From Ascoidea asiatica JCM 7603 (lineage: Eukaryota > Fungi > Ascomycota): a DNA stretch of 64,000 nucleotides. Under the pieces are notes generated by a model. The model saw only the letters and a program-made list of their open reading frames with translations. It had not been told where the DNA came from and made no database searches. Made by a program: the position numbers and the translations under genes. Location of the stretch: contig BCKQ01000005.1 in the NCBI GenBank assembly GCA_001600695.1, positions 54,404 through 118,403 on the forward strand, given 5' to 3'. Below are positions 43,549 to 53,729 of this stretch, in pieces. Each line of letters begins with the position of its first letter. Within the stretch, counting starts at the first letter, position 1.

Positions 43549-44718
43549 TTAAGCTTCAAGATCTTTCTTAAGAGTACCCAAGAAAGCTCTTTTTTCAGCA
43601 GGAGTTTGAAATCTACCCTTACCGAATTTAGAAGCAGTATCAATCCATTTTAATTGAACATTTTCTGTGGCCCTTCTAGAAGTATCAGAATAAAGAGATT
43701 TTCTTAAAGTAACAACTCTCTTTCTTGTACCTGGAATAGAACCTTTTAAGATGACAAAATCATTTTTAACTTCACCATATCTAACAAAACCACCCATTGG
43801 GTTAATTGTTTTTTTAGTTCTATCAAATTCAGTGGCACCACTTGATTCATCATCAGATTTACCAACTCTATAAATTTTGTGATTTATTGAAGTTCTATGA
43901 TGGTAACCATTTTGACCAGCACGAGCAACAGTGAAATTAACATGAGCTGGATGCCAAGCACCAATACAAGCAACTTTTCTTAAACCTCTATGAGTTTTTC
44001 TTGGCAATTTTTTTGTACCCCATCTGTGAGTTACACCTTCAAAACCATGACCTTTTGTAACAGCAACAACGTCGATCATTTCATCTTGAGCAAATATTGA
44101 ACCAACAGAGATAGTTTTTTCAAAATGATTATAAGCCCAATCAACTTTATCAGAAGATGAACCACCATTAATTTGAATTTCAGCTAAATGAGCTTTTTTT
44201 TGAACTAATGGAGTTTTTTTAACTTGAGTATGAGCTAAAATTCTAACAACTTGACAATATTTTTTGATTCTTAATAACTCTCTTTTAATATCAGTTGCAT
44301 TATTGGCATAACCTGAAGAATATTTAGTGAAAGCCTTTTTTTTTGATTTATACCAATTTTTATAAAATCTTCTTCTAACTTCATCAGATAAATGTTCAGC
44401 CCAGACAGATGTTAAAGATCTTAAGCCTCTTGGAGTTTCAACATAACCAACGACACCTACAACAACCATTGGTGGAGTATCAACAACTGTTACAGCTTCA
44501 ACAATTTCTCTTTTATGCATTTTAGATCCTGGTCTATCTAAATCTCTAACAGTGGTAGTCATACCAGCCTTATAACCCAAGAAAGCAGTTAAACCAACTG
44601 GTTTTTTTGGATCATCTTTTGGAAAGGATCTGACAGTACCTCTTTGTTTGTTAGCTCTCTTTCTTGGTAAGAAACCTAAATGACCATGACGTGGTGCTTC
44701 GTACTTTCTGTGAGACAT
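43549..44718 (-). CDS. RPL3: 60S ribosomal protein uL3
   Basis: [21 protein letters not shown] from the ATG at 44718; 389 aa; no intron. Confidence 0.97.
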   Translation of the reverse strand: MSHRKYEAPRHGHLGFLPRKRANKQRGTVRSFPKDDPKKPVGLTAFLGYKAGMTTTVRDLDRPGSKMHKREIVEAVTVVDTPPMVVVGVVGYVETPRGLRSLTSVWAEHLSDEVRRRFYKNWYKSKKKAFTKYSSGYANNATDIKRELLRIKKYCQVVRILAHTQVKKTPLVQKKAHLAEIQINGGSSSDKVDWAYNHFEKTISVGSIFAQDEMIDVVAVTKGHGFEGVTHRWGTKKLPRKTHRGLRKVACIGAWHPAHVNFTVARAGQNGYHHRTSINHKIYRVGKSDDESSGATEFDRTKKTINPMGGFVRYGEVKNDFVILKGSIPGTRKRVVTLRKSLYSDTSRRATENVQLKWIDTASKFGKGRFQTPAEKRAFLGTLKKDLEA

Positions 44719-44910
44719 TTTAAATTGGATTGATATTATATATGTTTTAATTGCTACTTCCTTCACCTACTTTTTTTCAAGAAAAAGAAATCTTTCTCAA
44801 TACGTTTTTTGAGTTTAATATGTATTTGGTAAGGATTATAAGAAAAGAATGAGATAGTATGATAGAGAAGAATATAATAATAAAATTGGAAATGATGAAA
44901 AATAAGTTGA

Positions 44911-45419
44911 CACGTGATGCATTCACTGTTATTTTTTTTTAATTATTTTAATAGAGCAGCTCGACGTTGGTGAAACTACACTGGTTTTCCATTGTTATGG
45001 GCCTTCGTCTGGGACCAGTAAGTAGGGCTATCTACGATAAATATTTTTAGTGCTAGACTGAGACTGAAATTGGGCTAAAAAGAGCATTTGTGACTGCTTT
45101 TTCTTATAGTTTTTATGGAACACCTAGCCAATTTAGGTTTTTTTTTCCATGTGACTATCTATTAATTTTTAAACATCGCCAGATTTATGGGTATTCTTTA
45201 TAAGTTTAATTTGTCGCCAGTATTTAGGGTCTATTAATTTTTTTTTTTCAAATTTTGCAATCGCACGTGCAGTGTGGCCATTTTCTCTCGGTCCGCGGAG
45301 AAGTGGCCTCATTCATTGCTCCAAGCTTGTGCGATGAGGTGAAGTGAAAAACTTATTTGTTTCTTTTGAGCACTGATCTTCTACTGTGCTAATTGGCGTT
45401 AATTTTTTGAAATTACTAA
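44911..45419. promoter_or_regulatory. RPL3/CYS3 divergent promoter with Cbf1, Tbf1-like, Met31/32-like, PDRE-like, PAC and Yap1-like motifs
   Basis: CACGTG at 44911 and 45264; TAGGGCT 45023; AGTGTGGC 45271; TCCGCGGA 45292; GCGATGAG 45331; TTACTAA 45413. Confidence 0.55.
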
Positions 45420-45932
45420 TAGCTATCAGTTAATTCTGAATTATGAATTATTAATTTTAAATTATTATTTGTGATTCATTAATAATTCAGCCTACTATTA
45501 ATAAATGTTACTTACGTGCTTACTGTTTTTAGTTATCAATTATCCACTGTAACGTTAAATTATCTAGTTATGGTTAATAAAATCAATGTGTAACCTCAAT
45601 CTCGACTGAAAAATATTTTTTTTTATTTGTAATAGAACATATCTGAGATGTCGAAAGTGAATGATAATGAGTTAATTATTGACTAATATTTATCAATAAT
45701 TATTTTAATTTACCCAAATTAGTTTTGTATAAATATTCTATTATACCCATTTAAATTCAAAACCTCCAATAATTTCGAAAGTTTTATTTTTGTTCTTTAC
45801 TTGTCTTTCTTCAATTTTCTTAATCAACTTCTTAGTTAATAATATAATTTAAAAAATATTGAATTATAAATTCATCTCAAAGACTTAATTTCATATCATC
45901 TTTTAGAATAATCAATAATTTTCATTTTCATA

Positions 45933-47150
45933 ATGACTTTAGATAATAATACTATTGAATCTACAATTTTCACAGGTTTTGGTACTAAAGCTATTCATAT
46001 TGGTTCATCTCATGATCCTCATTCTGGTGCTGTAATTCCACCAATTTCATTATCAACAACTTTTGCTCAAAATTCCCCTGCAAATCCAATTGGCGAATTT
46101 GAGTATTCTAGATCTCAAAATCCTAATAGACAAGCTTTTGAAACCGTTATAGCTTCCTTAGAAAATGCTAAATATGCTTTAGCTTTTTCTTCTGGTAGTG
46201 CAACAACTTCTGTTATTTTACAGTCTTTACCACAAGGTTCTCATGTAATCTCTGTTGGGGATGTTTATGGTGGTACTCATAGATATTTTACTCAGGTTGC
46301 AAATACTCATGGTATCAAAACTGATTTTACAAATGATATTATAAATGATTTAGATTCTTTAATTAGTTCAAATACAAAATTAGTTTGGATTGAAACTCCT
46401 TCAAATCCAACTTTATCAATAACTGATATTTCAAAAGTCTCAAATATTTTAAAAAATATAAATTTAGATAGATCCAATGATCAAAAAATTTCTTTAGTTG
46501 TTGATAATACTTTTTTATCTCCTTATATTCAAAATCCTTTAAATTTTGGTGCTGATATTGTTGTACATTCGGTTACAAAATATATAAATGGTCATTCTGA
46601 TGTTGTTATGGGTGTTTTAGCTACAAATAATGAGTTATTATATTCAAAATTATTATTTTTACAAAATGCAATTGGTGCAATTCCATCCCCCTTTGATTCT
46701 TGGTTAGCTCATAGAGGTGTAAGAACTTTACATTTAAGAGCTGAAAGAGCTTCCAAAAATGCTTTTGCAATTGCAACTTATTTATTAAATTCCTCAAATG
46801 TTTTAGCTGTTAATTATCCAGGCCTTAAAACTCATAAAAATCATGATGTTGTTTTAAAACAACATAAAAATGGCCTCGGGGGTGGTATGATCTCCTTCAG
46901 AATAAAGGGAGGTGCTAAAGCTGCTTCAAAATTTGTTTCTTCGACTAAAATATTCACTTTAGCAGAATCTTTAGGTGGAATTGAGTCTTTATTAGAAGTA
47001 CCAGCTCAAATGACTCATGCAGGTATTCCTGTATCTGATAGAGAAAAGGCAGGCGTGTATGATGATTTAATAAGGTTAAGTGTAGGCGTCGAAGATGAAA
47101 TTGATTTATTATCTGATATTGAACAAGCCTTAGTATCTGCATCTTCTTAA
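45933..47150 (+). CDS. CYS3: Cystathionine gamma-lyase
   Basis: EYSRSQNPNR, GDVYGGT, VVDNTF, HSVTKYINGHSD (PLP lysine), LAESLGGIESL. Confidence 0.95.
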   Translation: MTLDNNTIESTIFTGFGTKAIHIGSSHDPHSGAVIPPISLSTTFAQNSPANPIGEFEYSRSQNPNRQAFETVIASLENAKYALAFSSGSATTSVILQSLPQGSHVISVGDVYGGTHRYFTQVANTHGIKTDFTNDIINDLDSLISSNTKLVWIETPSNPTLSITDISKVSNILKNINLDRSNDQKISLVVDNTFLSPYIQNPLNFGADIVVHSVTKYINGHSDVVMGVLATNNELLYSKLLFLQNAIGAIPSPFDSWLAHRGVRTLHLRAERASKNAFAIATYLLNSSNVLAVNYPGLKTHKNHDVVLKQHKNGLGGGMISFRIKGGAKAASKFVSSTKIFTLAESLGGIESLLEVPAQMTHAGIPVSDREKAGVYDDLIRLSVGVEDEIDLLSDIEQALVSASS

Positions 47151-47571
47151 ATCTAATAGTTTTTAATGAATGTCTTTATATTTTTTTCAGACTGAAATTT
47201 TTATTTCCTTTTTGTTATTTTTTTTTTATATTTCCTTAATTTTAGCCCTGGTTCACTGTATTAATTTTAGGTAATACCTATCAAGCAATATAATTTTTTA
47301 TTTTGCTATATTATTTCAATACGAAACATAATTATCCAAATCCATGTAAATTTCATTTTAGAAATATGTTGTCAAAACGGAAACTTGAATTGGTAAAATT
47401 TTCGAAAAATAAAATTAGTAAATCAAAAATTAAAATTAAAAATAAAAATAAAGTTAATAGGAAAATTAAATATTAATAAAGATACAAATTAATTATTTTT
47501 TTACAAAATTTATTTGATTAACTTCTAAAACTATATTTAAATAATACAATCAGTGAATATATTTAACTTAC

Positions 47572-48464
47572 TTAATCAAACAATCCAAAGCCCATATCAT
47601 CGTCTTCAGATTCTTCATCTTCTTCGGCAGCTTCTTCTTCTTCTACGGCTTCTTCAGTAGCACCAGCAGCGCCTGATCCAGTGGCAGCTGAAGCCGAACC
47701 AACTGAAACACTGGAAGCTTTTTCATTACCTTCAGCAATTAATTCAGCAGCTGTTTTACCAGCAACTTCTTTTAGTAATAAATCCACTTTGGCTGAATCT
47801 ACTTCGGCTCCTACAGATTTCAAAACACTTGTAATATCTTTGGCACTTGGTTTGTCATTGCCGGCGGCAACTAAAAGTAAATATGCAGCAATATATCTCA
47901 CTTATAATATCATGTTAGTAATTAACCAAACTCTTCAAATGAAAATAAAACATTAGAAATTAAAATCCAAGTTTCCCAAAGGCAAAATAATGATAATACA
48001 CATGACATTTCATTAATTCATAATCCTAAACCTCTATATTAGCAGTTATAAATATTCAAGATATAGGTTTAGAGTTTTGAACTTAAATTAATTTGAGAAT
48101 ACAGTAAAATCAAAAGAATCATTCTCTTGAAAGGTAAGATTTTAGTTTGATTTACTATTCAAAAATAGAATAATATTGAAATTATCTTAATTGATAGCAT
48201 CATCCTTAATTGAGATCTAATTTTTAGTCTGTTTTCAAATTTAACTAGTATTATTAATACTTAACTGTTTAAAGATAAAAATAAGCTCTTGAAGTTCAAT
48301 TTTTTTCACTTTGATAGATGCCTAATATTCCTGTCTTCAATATGTCAATTTTTGCTTCTATCTAAAGATCATGATTTCGAGTTCAAAATTGTCCTTTTTC
48401 TAAAATTATCATATCACTATTTTGCTTAAAAAATTGACCAACCCTCAAAACTTTATTACTCACT
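47572..48464 (-). CDS. RPP2: 60S acidic ribosomal protein P2; start codon split by an intron (A at 48464 | TG at 47900-47899)
   Basis: MRYIAAYLLL...EESEDDDMGFGLFD. There is no genomic in-frame ATG; splicing at GTGAGT (48463) / TACTAAC (47920-47914) / AAG (47901) rebuilds it. Confidence 0.88.
47901..48463 (-). other. Spliceosomal intron of RPP2 inside the ATG
   Basis: AATAAAAA|GTGAGT...TACTAACATGATATTATAAG|TGAGATAT. Confidence 0.78.
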
Positions 48465-48615
48465 TTTTATTATCTTTATTATTAATTAAATCTATTTCTT
48501 CTGGATAGTATATTTTTTTATCAATATTGATTCTCTTTTTTAACCAAAAGTCTCTTAAAATTATTAGATTAGAATATCCTGAAATTTGAAATATTACATA
48601 AATAAAAAACATTAA

Positions 48616-48636
48616 AGCCCTAATAGTATGCACGTG
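48616..48636. promoter_or_regulatory. Tbf1-like (AGCCCTAA) plus Cbf1 (CACGTG) pair upstream of RPP2
   Basis: AGCCCTAA at 48616-48623 and CACGTG at 48631-48636, about 160 bp upstream of exon 1. Confidence 0.6.
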
Positions 48637-48923
48637 CCATGATGAATAGATATTCGCTTAGGTTCTGTTCTTTTTTTTCGCTAGATAAGCTTTCCTCTCA
48701 TAGTATTGGATACCTTAGTGACATACGCCCAATTTAAACTAATGTTAAATAAGCTAAAATTGATTTAAGTGGTTCTCGAGGTGAAGTATTTCTCAAATAA
48801 TATTTATGAACTTGAAAATAGTTTTACAACCATTAATAACCTCTTTTTTTTATTAACGACTATTTAATGAATCAAATATTCTACAAATTATACTATATTT
48901 CACAATGCATAACTGAGAGTTTT

Positions 48924-51740
48924 TTAGATTTTTTCGTACATTCCTAGGCAAACATGTTGACTACCGATATTTCTTACAAGAACTAGTTTATTGACTTCAT
49001 TCTTATTACTATAGAAGAAATCGCCATCAATAAAACCTAATCCACTTGGTTTTGCTTGTTTTAAATTAAAATTGCCATTTATAATAAATCCAATCAAATT
49101 AAGAAAAGAAGGAATGCAATCATTGGGAAGTTTTTCGGAATCTTTAATGACTTTTCCATTTGACTTCAAGTAATTTTTACTCACAAAATGAGAATAATAT
49201 TGTTTATATTCATTATCTGGGATTCTATAAATCCTAGCATCGTCATTGATAGAACCTTTATTAAGCGGTATTATTCGTATTGCCTGGATTGGTAATTTAA
49301 GACTTAATATTTTAGTATAATTATCAGATTGTAAAAACGTTAAATCATTTGAATTTTCACCTGTGATATTTTGCTTCTTTTCGGGGTTAAAAGAATTAGG
49401 GAGAAAATTATTTTCATTTCTTGAAGTGTCTAGGTTTCTTTTTATTTCTCTGACTATAGTAGCTTTGTAATTATATACATCTGCTTCATTTTTAAGCTTT
49501 ACAACAGGAATAGTTAATTTTTCATTCCTGAGTAATTTTTCTTCATCGTTGCCTTTAATATCTTTGATAAATTCCCATATATCGGATTTATCAATAATTT
49601 GCCTGATAAATTGAGAATCCCAATTAGGCACTCCTTTGTTTGAATTCATACTTGTCAGGGAATTAATTTCATATATTTCCAACCCAATTTTCAATAACTG
49701 AAGAAATCTCCAATCACTCTTAAAAGGTGATCCAACTTCTCCAGTAATATTAAATTCCTCATGGTCAGTGTTTTTATTGAGGATTAGTTTTTCATAGTTT
49801 ATTCTATGCTTTTTTTGTTTTCCTTCCCATACTTTTTTATTCTGATTCTGCTTGATTTCATTTTCAGCAAACCCCTTAATTGAAAAAGGGTAGCCTTCAG
49901 GGAAAGTTAACTTATTATTTTCAAAATTCAATTGATTCATTTGTAAATAACCACCATGTTGAACTTCTTCAATTTTATTTATTGCGCTCCAAAATGGTAA
50001 AATCCAAAACCAAGGGACTATTAGAGTACACTTCGCATAAGAAACAGTATTTGAATTTTGAATTAATAAAAGTATTGGAATTGAAGAATCTTTTTCTGAG
50101 ATCTCAATTTTAATATTCCCAGGGCCCTGCTTTGCTCGTCTCGTACCAATATTCTTTATAGTTTGTTGATTTTCATAAGACTTAATTCTACCTTCAATAG
50201 AAAATAGCTCTTCAATAATAGATTTTTGATTCAAACAATGTATGTTAGAATCTTTAGAGTCTTCCTTGAATTCATTCAAGCTTATGATAAAATCGAATAA
50301 ATTTTCCTGCATGGTTGTATTGGCACCAACTGGAGGATTTATATGCTTTGAAAAAAATCTAGGATCATCAACCCTCAATGTCATGATTGAATTTTGGGGG
50401 AGACTATTCAAAGATGAAATTTTTGAGAACTTATCCCATATAGCTTTTTGCTGAAAATCTCTTGGATGTAGAATAGAAACAAGATTTCGAAAAGTAGAAG
50501 GTCCAGTTATTTCTATACTACCTAGAGAGGTACTACAGTCATAAACTTTTAGATTCGTACCCTCCACTAGTAGTAAAGTTTTCAAGAAAACAAAAAATTC
50601 CCGATAAGTAGATGGATGAGATCTGATTAAAATAAGATTTTTACCAGCATAGTTATGAAAATATATTAAGCCTTGAGTAAAAATTTCTGTTCTGTCAATA
50701 TATAAATCACCTTCCCAGAACTTTTTCCCTTTTAAAATAGAAGAGCTTAAACAGCCTTTATTGTTATTGGTTATCAAAGCTAAAAGTTTTTTAATCAGCC
50801 TGATGGATTGGAAAGAATTATCAGCTGATTCAATAATCAAGATTGGAAATAAAGAACCATCCCAAACCATAGAGCCATGCGTTGAAGCATTTCTATGAGA
50901 AAGCCTATAACACTTTTGAGTTGGTCTCAATGGAAAATTAAATCCCCATCTTTTGATCATATGTGACCGTTTTGCATTCCAAATATGAGTATTTAGCCAG
51001 GTGAAATTTGTCTGCCTCTTAAAATACTTCGATTTCCCAAATAAAGCTTTAGATAATTTGTTCACACCTGTATTATCATAAGACCCATATTCATTATTAA
51101 TCTTTTGGATGTTAATCAATTTTTTGTTCAGTGAAACCTTTTTTTTTTTTGATTGTTCAGCTTCGGAAATTTGCTTTTTTAACATTTTGATTCTTTTTCT
51201 TATGTTTGAATTTTTAGAGTCGGAGGTTGAATTTTGAAAGTGATAGTTAGGCAATACCCTTGATAAAGCTAATTTTGCAGATAGTTTGAGCAATGTTTTA
51301 AGCATTTTTAGCTTATGAATGTCTTTTGAACTCAAACTCTTTTTCTTACTATTCTTTTTTTTAATAATATCACTTGTACCACACGATTTACCAGAAGATG
51401 AAATCATTTCGTTAATGGCTCTATTCCTCAATCTTTTAGGTATCCTTTTAACATTATGGCTGGCAGTTCTTCTTCTTAATTTTCTGGGTAAACTTTGAAA
51501 AACTCTAGTTGATTTTGCATATTTGGTTTTAAGCTGAGATCTTTCCAATTGTTTAATCTCAAATTCACGAGAGCCAAGAAAAGCTGGTAAGTCTAACTTT
51601 CCATCAATAAAATTGGGATCTAAATTTTGTGCAGCAATGTATCTTGCATTATTTAGTTTGGCTCTCTTAGCTTGGTTATTTTCGGTTACTTTGGATTTAT
51701 CTATTATTGCAAATTCAATTGCAGGCCTTTTGGAAGACAT
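48924..51740 (-). CDS. POP1: RNase P/MRP subunit Pop1
   Basis: REFEIKQL, RVFQSLPRKLRRRTASHNVKRIPKRLR, WLNTHIWNAKRSHMIKRWG. Confidence 0.95.
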   Translation of the reverse strand: MSSKRPAIEFAIIDKSKVTENNQAKRAKLNNARYIAAQNLDPNFIDGKLDLPAFLGSREFEIKQLERSQLKTKYAKSTRVFQSLPRKLRRRTASHNVKRIPKRLRNRAINEMISSSGKSCGTSDIIKKKNSKKKSLSSKDIHKLKMLKTLLKLSAKLALSRVLPNYHFQNSTSDSKNSNIRKRIKMLKKQISEAEQSKKKKVSLNKKLINIQKINNEYGSYDNTGVNKLSKALFGKSKYFKRQTNFTWLNTHIWNAKRSHMIKRWGFNFPLRPTQKCYRLSHRNASTHGSMVWDGSLFPILIIESADNSFQSIRLIKKLLALITNNNKGCLSSSILKGKKFWEGDLYIDRTEIFTQGLIYFHNYAGKNLILIRSHPSTYREFFVFLKTLLLVEGTNLKVYDCSTSLGSIEITGPSTFRNLVSILHPRDFQQKAIWDKFSKISSLNSLPQNSIMTLRVDDPRFFSKHINPPVGANTTMQENLFDFIISLNEFKEDSKDSNIHCLNQKSIIEELFSIEGRIKSYENQQTIKNIGTRRAKQGPGNIKIEISEKDSSIPILLLIQNSNTVSYAKCTLIVPWFWILPFWSAINKIEEVQHGGYLQMNQLNFENNKLTFPEGYPFSIKGFAENEIKQNQNKKVWEGKQKKHRINYEKLILNKNTDHEEFNITGEVGSPFKSDWRFLQLLKIGLEIYEINSLTSMNSNKGVPNWDSQFIRQIIDKSDIWEFIKDIKGNDEEKLLRNEKLTIPVVKLKNEADVYNYKATIVREIKRNLDTSRNENNFLPNSFNPEKKQNITGENSNDLTFLQSDNYTKILSLKLPIQAIRIIPLNKGSINDDARIYRIPDNEYKQYYSHFVSKNYLKSNGKVIKDSEKLPNDCIPSFLNLIGFIINGNFNLKQAKPSGLGFIDGDFFYSNKNEVNKLVLVRNIGSQHVCLGMYEKI

Positions 51741-52048
51741 TTTGGGATTGTAAACTACTTGAAAAACATATATTTATTCATATTATGGTATTGATTCAAA
51801 TTTTCAATATTTCAGTAAAAAATTTTTTATAATTGGTGGCTGTGATTAAAAGTTATTGAAAAAGGTCAACATTTCTCTTTGAAATAAATTCAAAAGCACG
51901 TGCTTTTCTTTTTTTGAAGTCAACCCTCTAACTACAAATCCCGTTCGACAACGATAAGACGGTGGTAGGATTTCTTAACAAACTTTTTCTTTGCTTAGTT
52001 ATCAAAACGAAAACATAAACGTATTTTACTATGGAAACAAAAAGTCCG

Positions 52049-53224
52049 TTAGATAAAATTATCTAAAACAGTTCTTTCCCTATATATCTTATACCATTTT
52101 GAACTACTCTCTTTTAACAATAGTTCTTTTGTTTCAACAGAATCCTTTAAGAATTGTTGATGAATGGCAGCTCTTTGTGCAGTCGTCTGGATGTTGACAC
52201 AATTTAACTGATAAATGGCAGTATGCTTTGCTAATTGAATTTCTGATACCCTATGTTTTTCAATTTTTTCATAAAATGATTTCAAAGATGGATGAGAACC
52301 ATTGAGACACATCTCAATTTCTGATTCGTATCTGGATAATTTATCTTCAAATAAACGATCCTTTAGCTTAGCAAATTGTATTTCAATTTCTCTTAAATCA
52401 TCAATTGCTTCATTGCGAAATTTTAGAACCTCGATTTTCTCTTGCTCTTTAAGTTTTTGTTCATCAATCTCATCAGGTAAATCTTCCATTTCTTCATCTT
52501 CATCATCGGCCTCTCCTTCATCATCTTCATTAATATTAATATCAATCTGTAAGTTTTCATCATCCAAATGATCTTGTGCCTGTCTTCCATTCATATTATT
52601 ATAAGGAGAACTCTTAGATAACTCCCCATTAAGGTTGTTTGAAATAGAATCGTTTGAATTAGTATCTGCCTTCAAAACTGATTTTGATTCAACTAAATTA
52701 TTTATAGATACTACATTAGTTTCTGGGGTTGATATATTTGATTTTTTGTTTTGACTTTTTACACTGGAAATGCATTTGGAAATATTTTCTTGAGCCGTTT
52801 GAGTAATTGTAGCCTTTTCATCATTTAGCACAGTTGATATTCCTGAAGTTTCTTTTTGTTTTAAGTTATTTTCATTCGAAATAGAATTAATCGAATCTTT
52901 CTGCATTGTATTAAACGGTAAATCCAGGCTTTCTTTGAACTCACTAATATTATTTTCAGCAGGACCATTTAATGAAACTATTGCATCACTTATCGGATGT
53001 GAAATATGATTAATATTACTAGTTTCAAACTGATTTTTAGGCTGATTTGTGCTGTTCATTTTAATCTTTTCGAATTCTGATTTATCACTTACTCTTGACG
53101 CAATTAAGGGGTCGGCTATATTTTCAGGGATAATGATATAATTTGAAGCCAAACTTTCAGTTGAATGCTTTTTTGGCTTATCTTGGTTTGAGGGGATTTC
53201 TGATGCTAGATACTTGGGAGACAT
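52049..53224 (-). CDS. DEP1: Rpd3L complex subunit Dep1 (Sds3-like), apparently short C-terminus
   Basis: RNEAIDDLREIEIQFAKLKDRLFEDKL...EIEMCLNGSHP...KWYKIYRER. Confidence 0.82.
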   Translation of the reverse strand: MSPKYLASEIPSNQDKPKKHSTESLASNYIIIPENIADPLIASRVSDKSEFEKIKMNSTNQPKNQFETSNINHISHPISDAIVSLNGPAENNISEFKESLDLPFNTMQKDSINSISNENNLKQKETSGISTVLNDEKATITQTAQENISKCISSVKSQNKKSNISTPETNVVSINNLVESKSVLKADTNSNDSISNNLNGELSKSSPYNNMNGRQAQDHLDDENLQIDININEDDEGEADDEDEEMEDLPDEIDEQKLKEQEKIEVLKFRNEAIDDLREIEIQFAKLKDRLFEDKLSRYESEIEMCLNGSHPSLKSFYEKIEKHRVSEIQLAKHTAIYQLNCVNIQTTAQRAAIHQQFLKDSVETKELLLKESSSKWYKIYRERTVLDNFI

Positions 53225-53574
53225 TAATGATTCTGATTATATAATTATATTATTATATTAAGGGTGTAAGTATTTTGAAGCTTTGAAAAGAAATAGTTTG
53301 TTCGAGATTACTTCAAAATCTTTATTTGAGTTAAAAATAAGTAATAGACGTTTCTAATAAAACAATATCAGGGAGGAAATTATTGTGCTTAATGATTTGT
53401 AAATTCAAATATAATATACTGAAAAACATGACATTGCTCAACAGTTAGTTATCGGCTACCCATAATTTTTATCAGCTGAATTTAATGTTGTCAAAAAGAT
53501 GTTTTGAAAACCGAAAACAAAATATAAAAAAGTTAAAAGGTGTATCCATCCAATTGGTTTTTAATAAAAAATTA

Positions 53575-53629
53575 CACGTGACCTTTCCTGAAAATAAATT
53601 TATTTTCATGTTTCTAAGCTGAAAAATTT
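53575..53629. promoter_or_regulatory. CACGTG and RRPE upstream of NOP12
   Basis: CACGTG at 53575-53580; TGAAAAATTT at 53620-53629. Confidence 0.55.
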
Positions 53630-53729
53630 CTGATTTTTCAACTCGATATTTTTGATTTCAGCAATTTTGAAAATCATTTGAAATTTTATTTAATATCATT
53701 GCATTATTCATCAAGGGCTGTATAGAATA

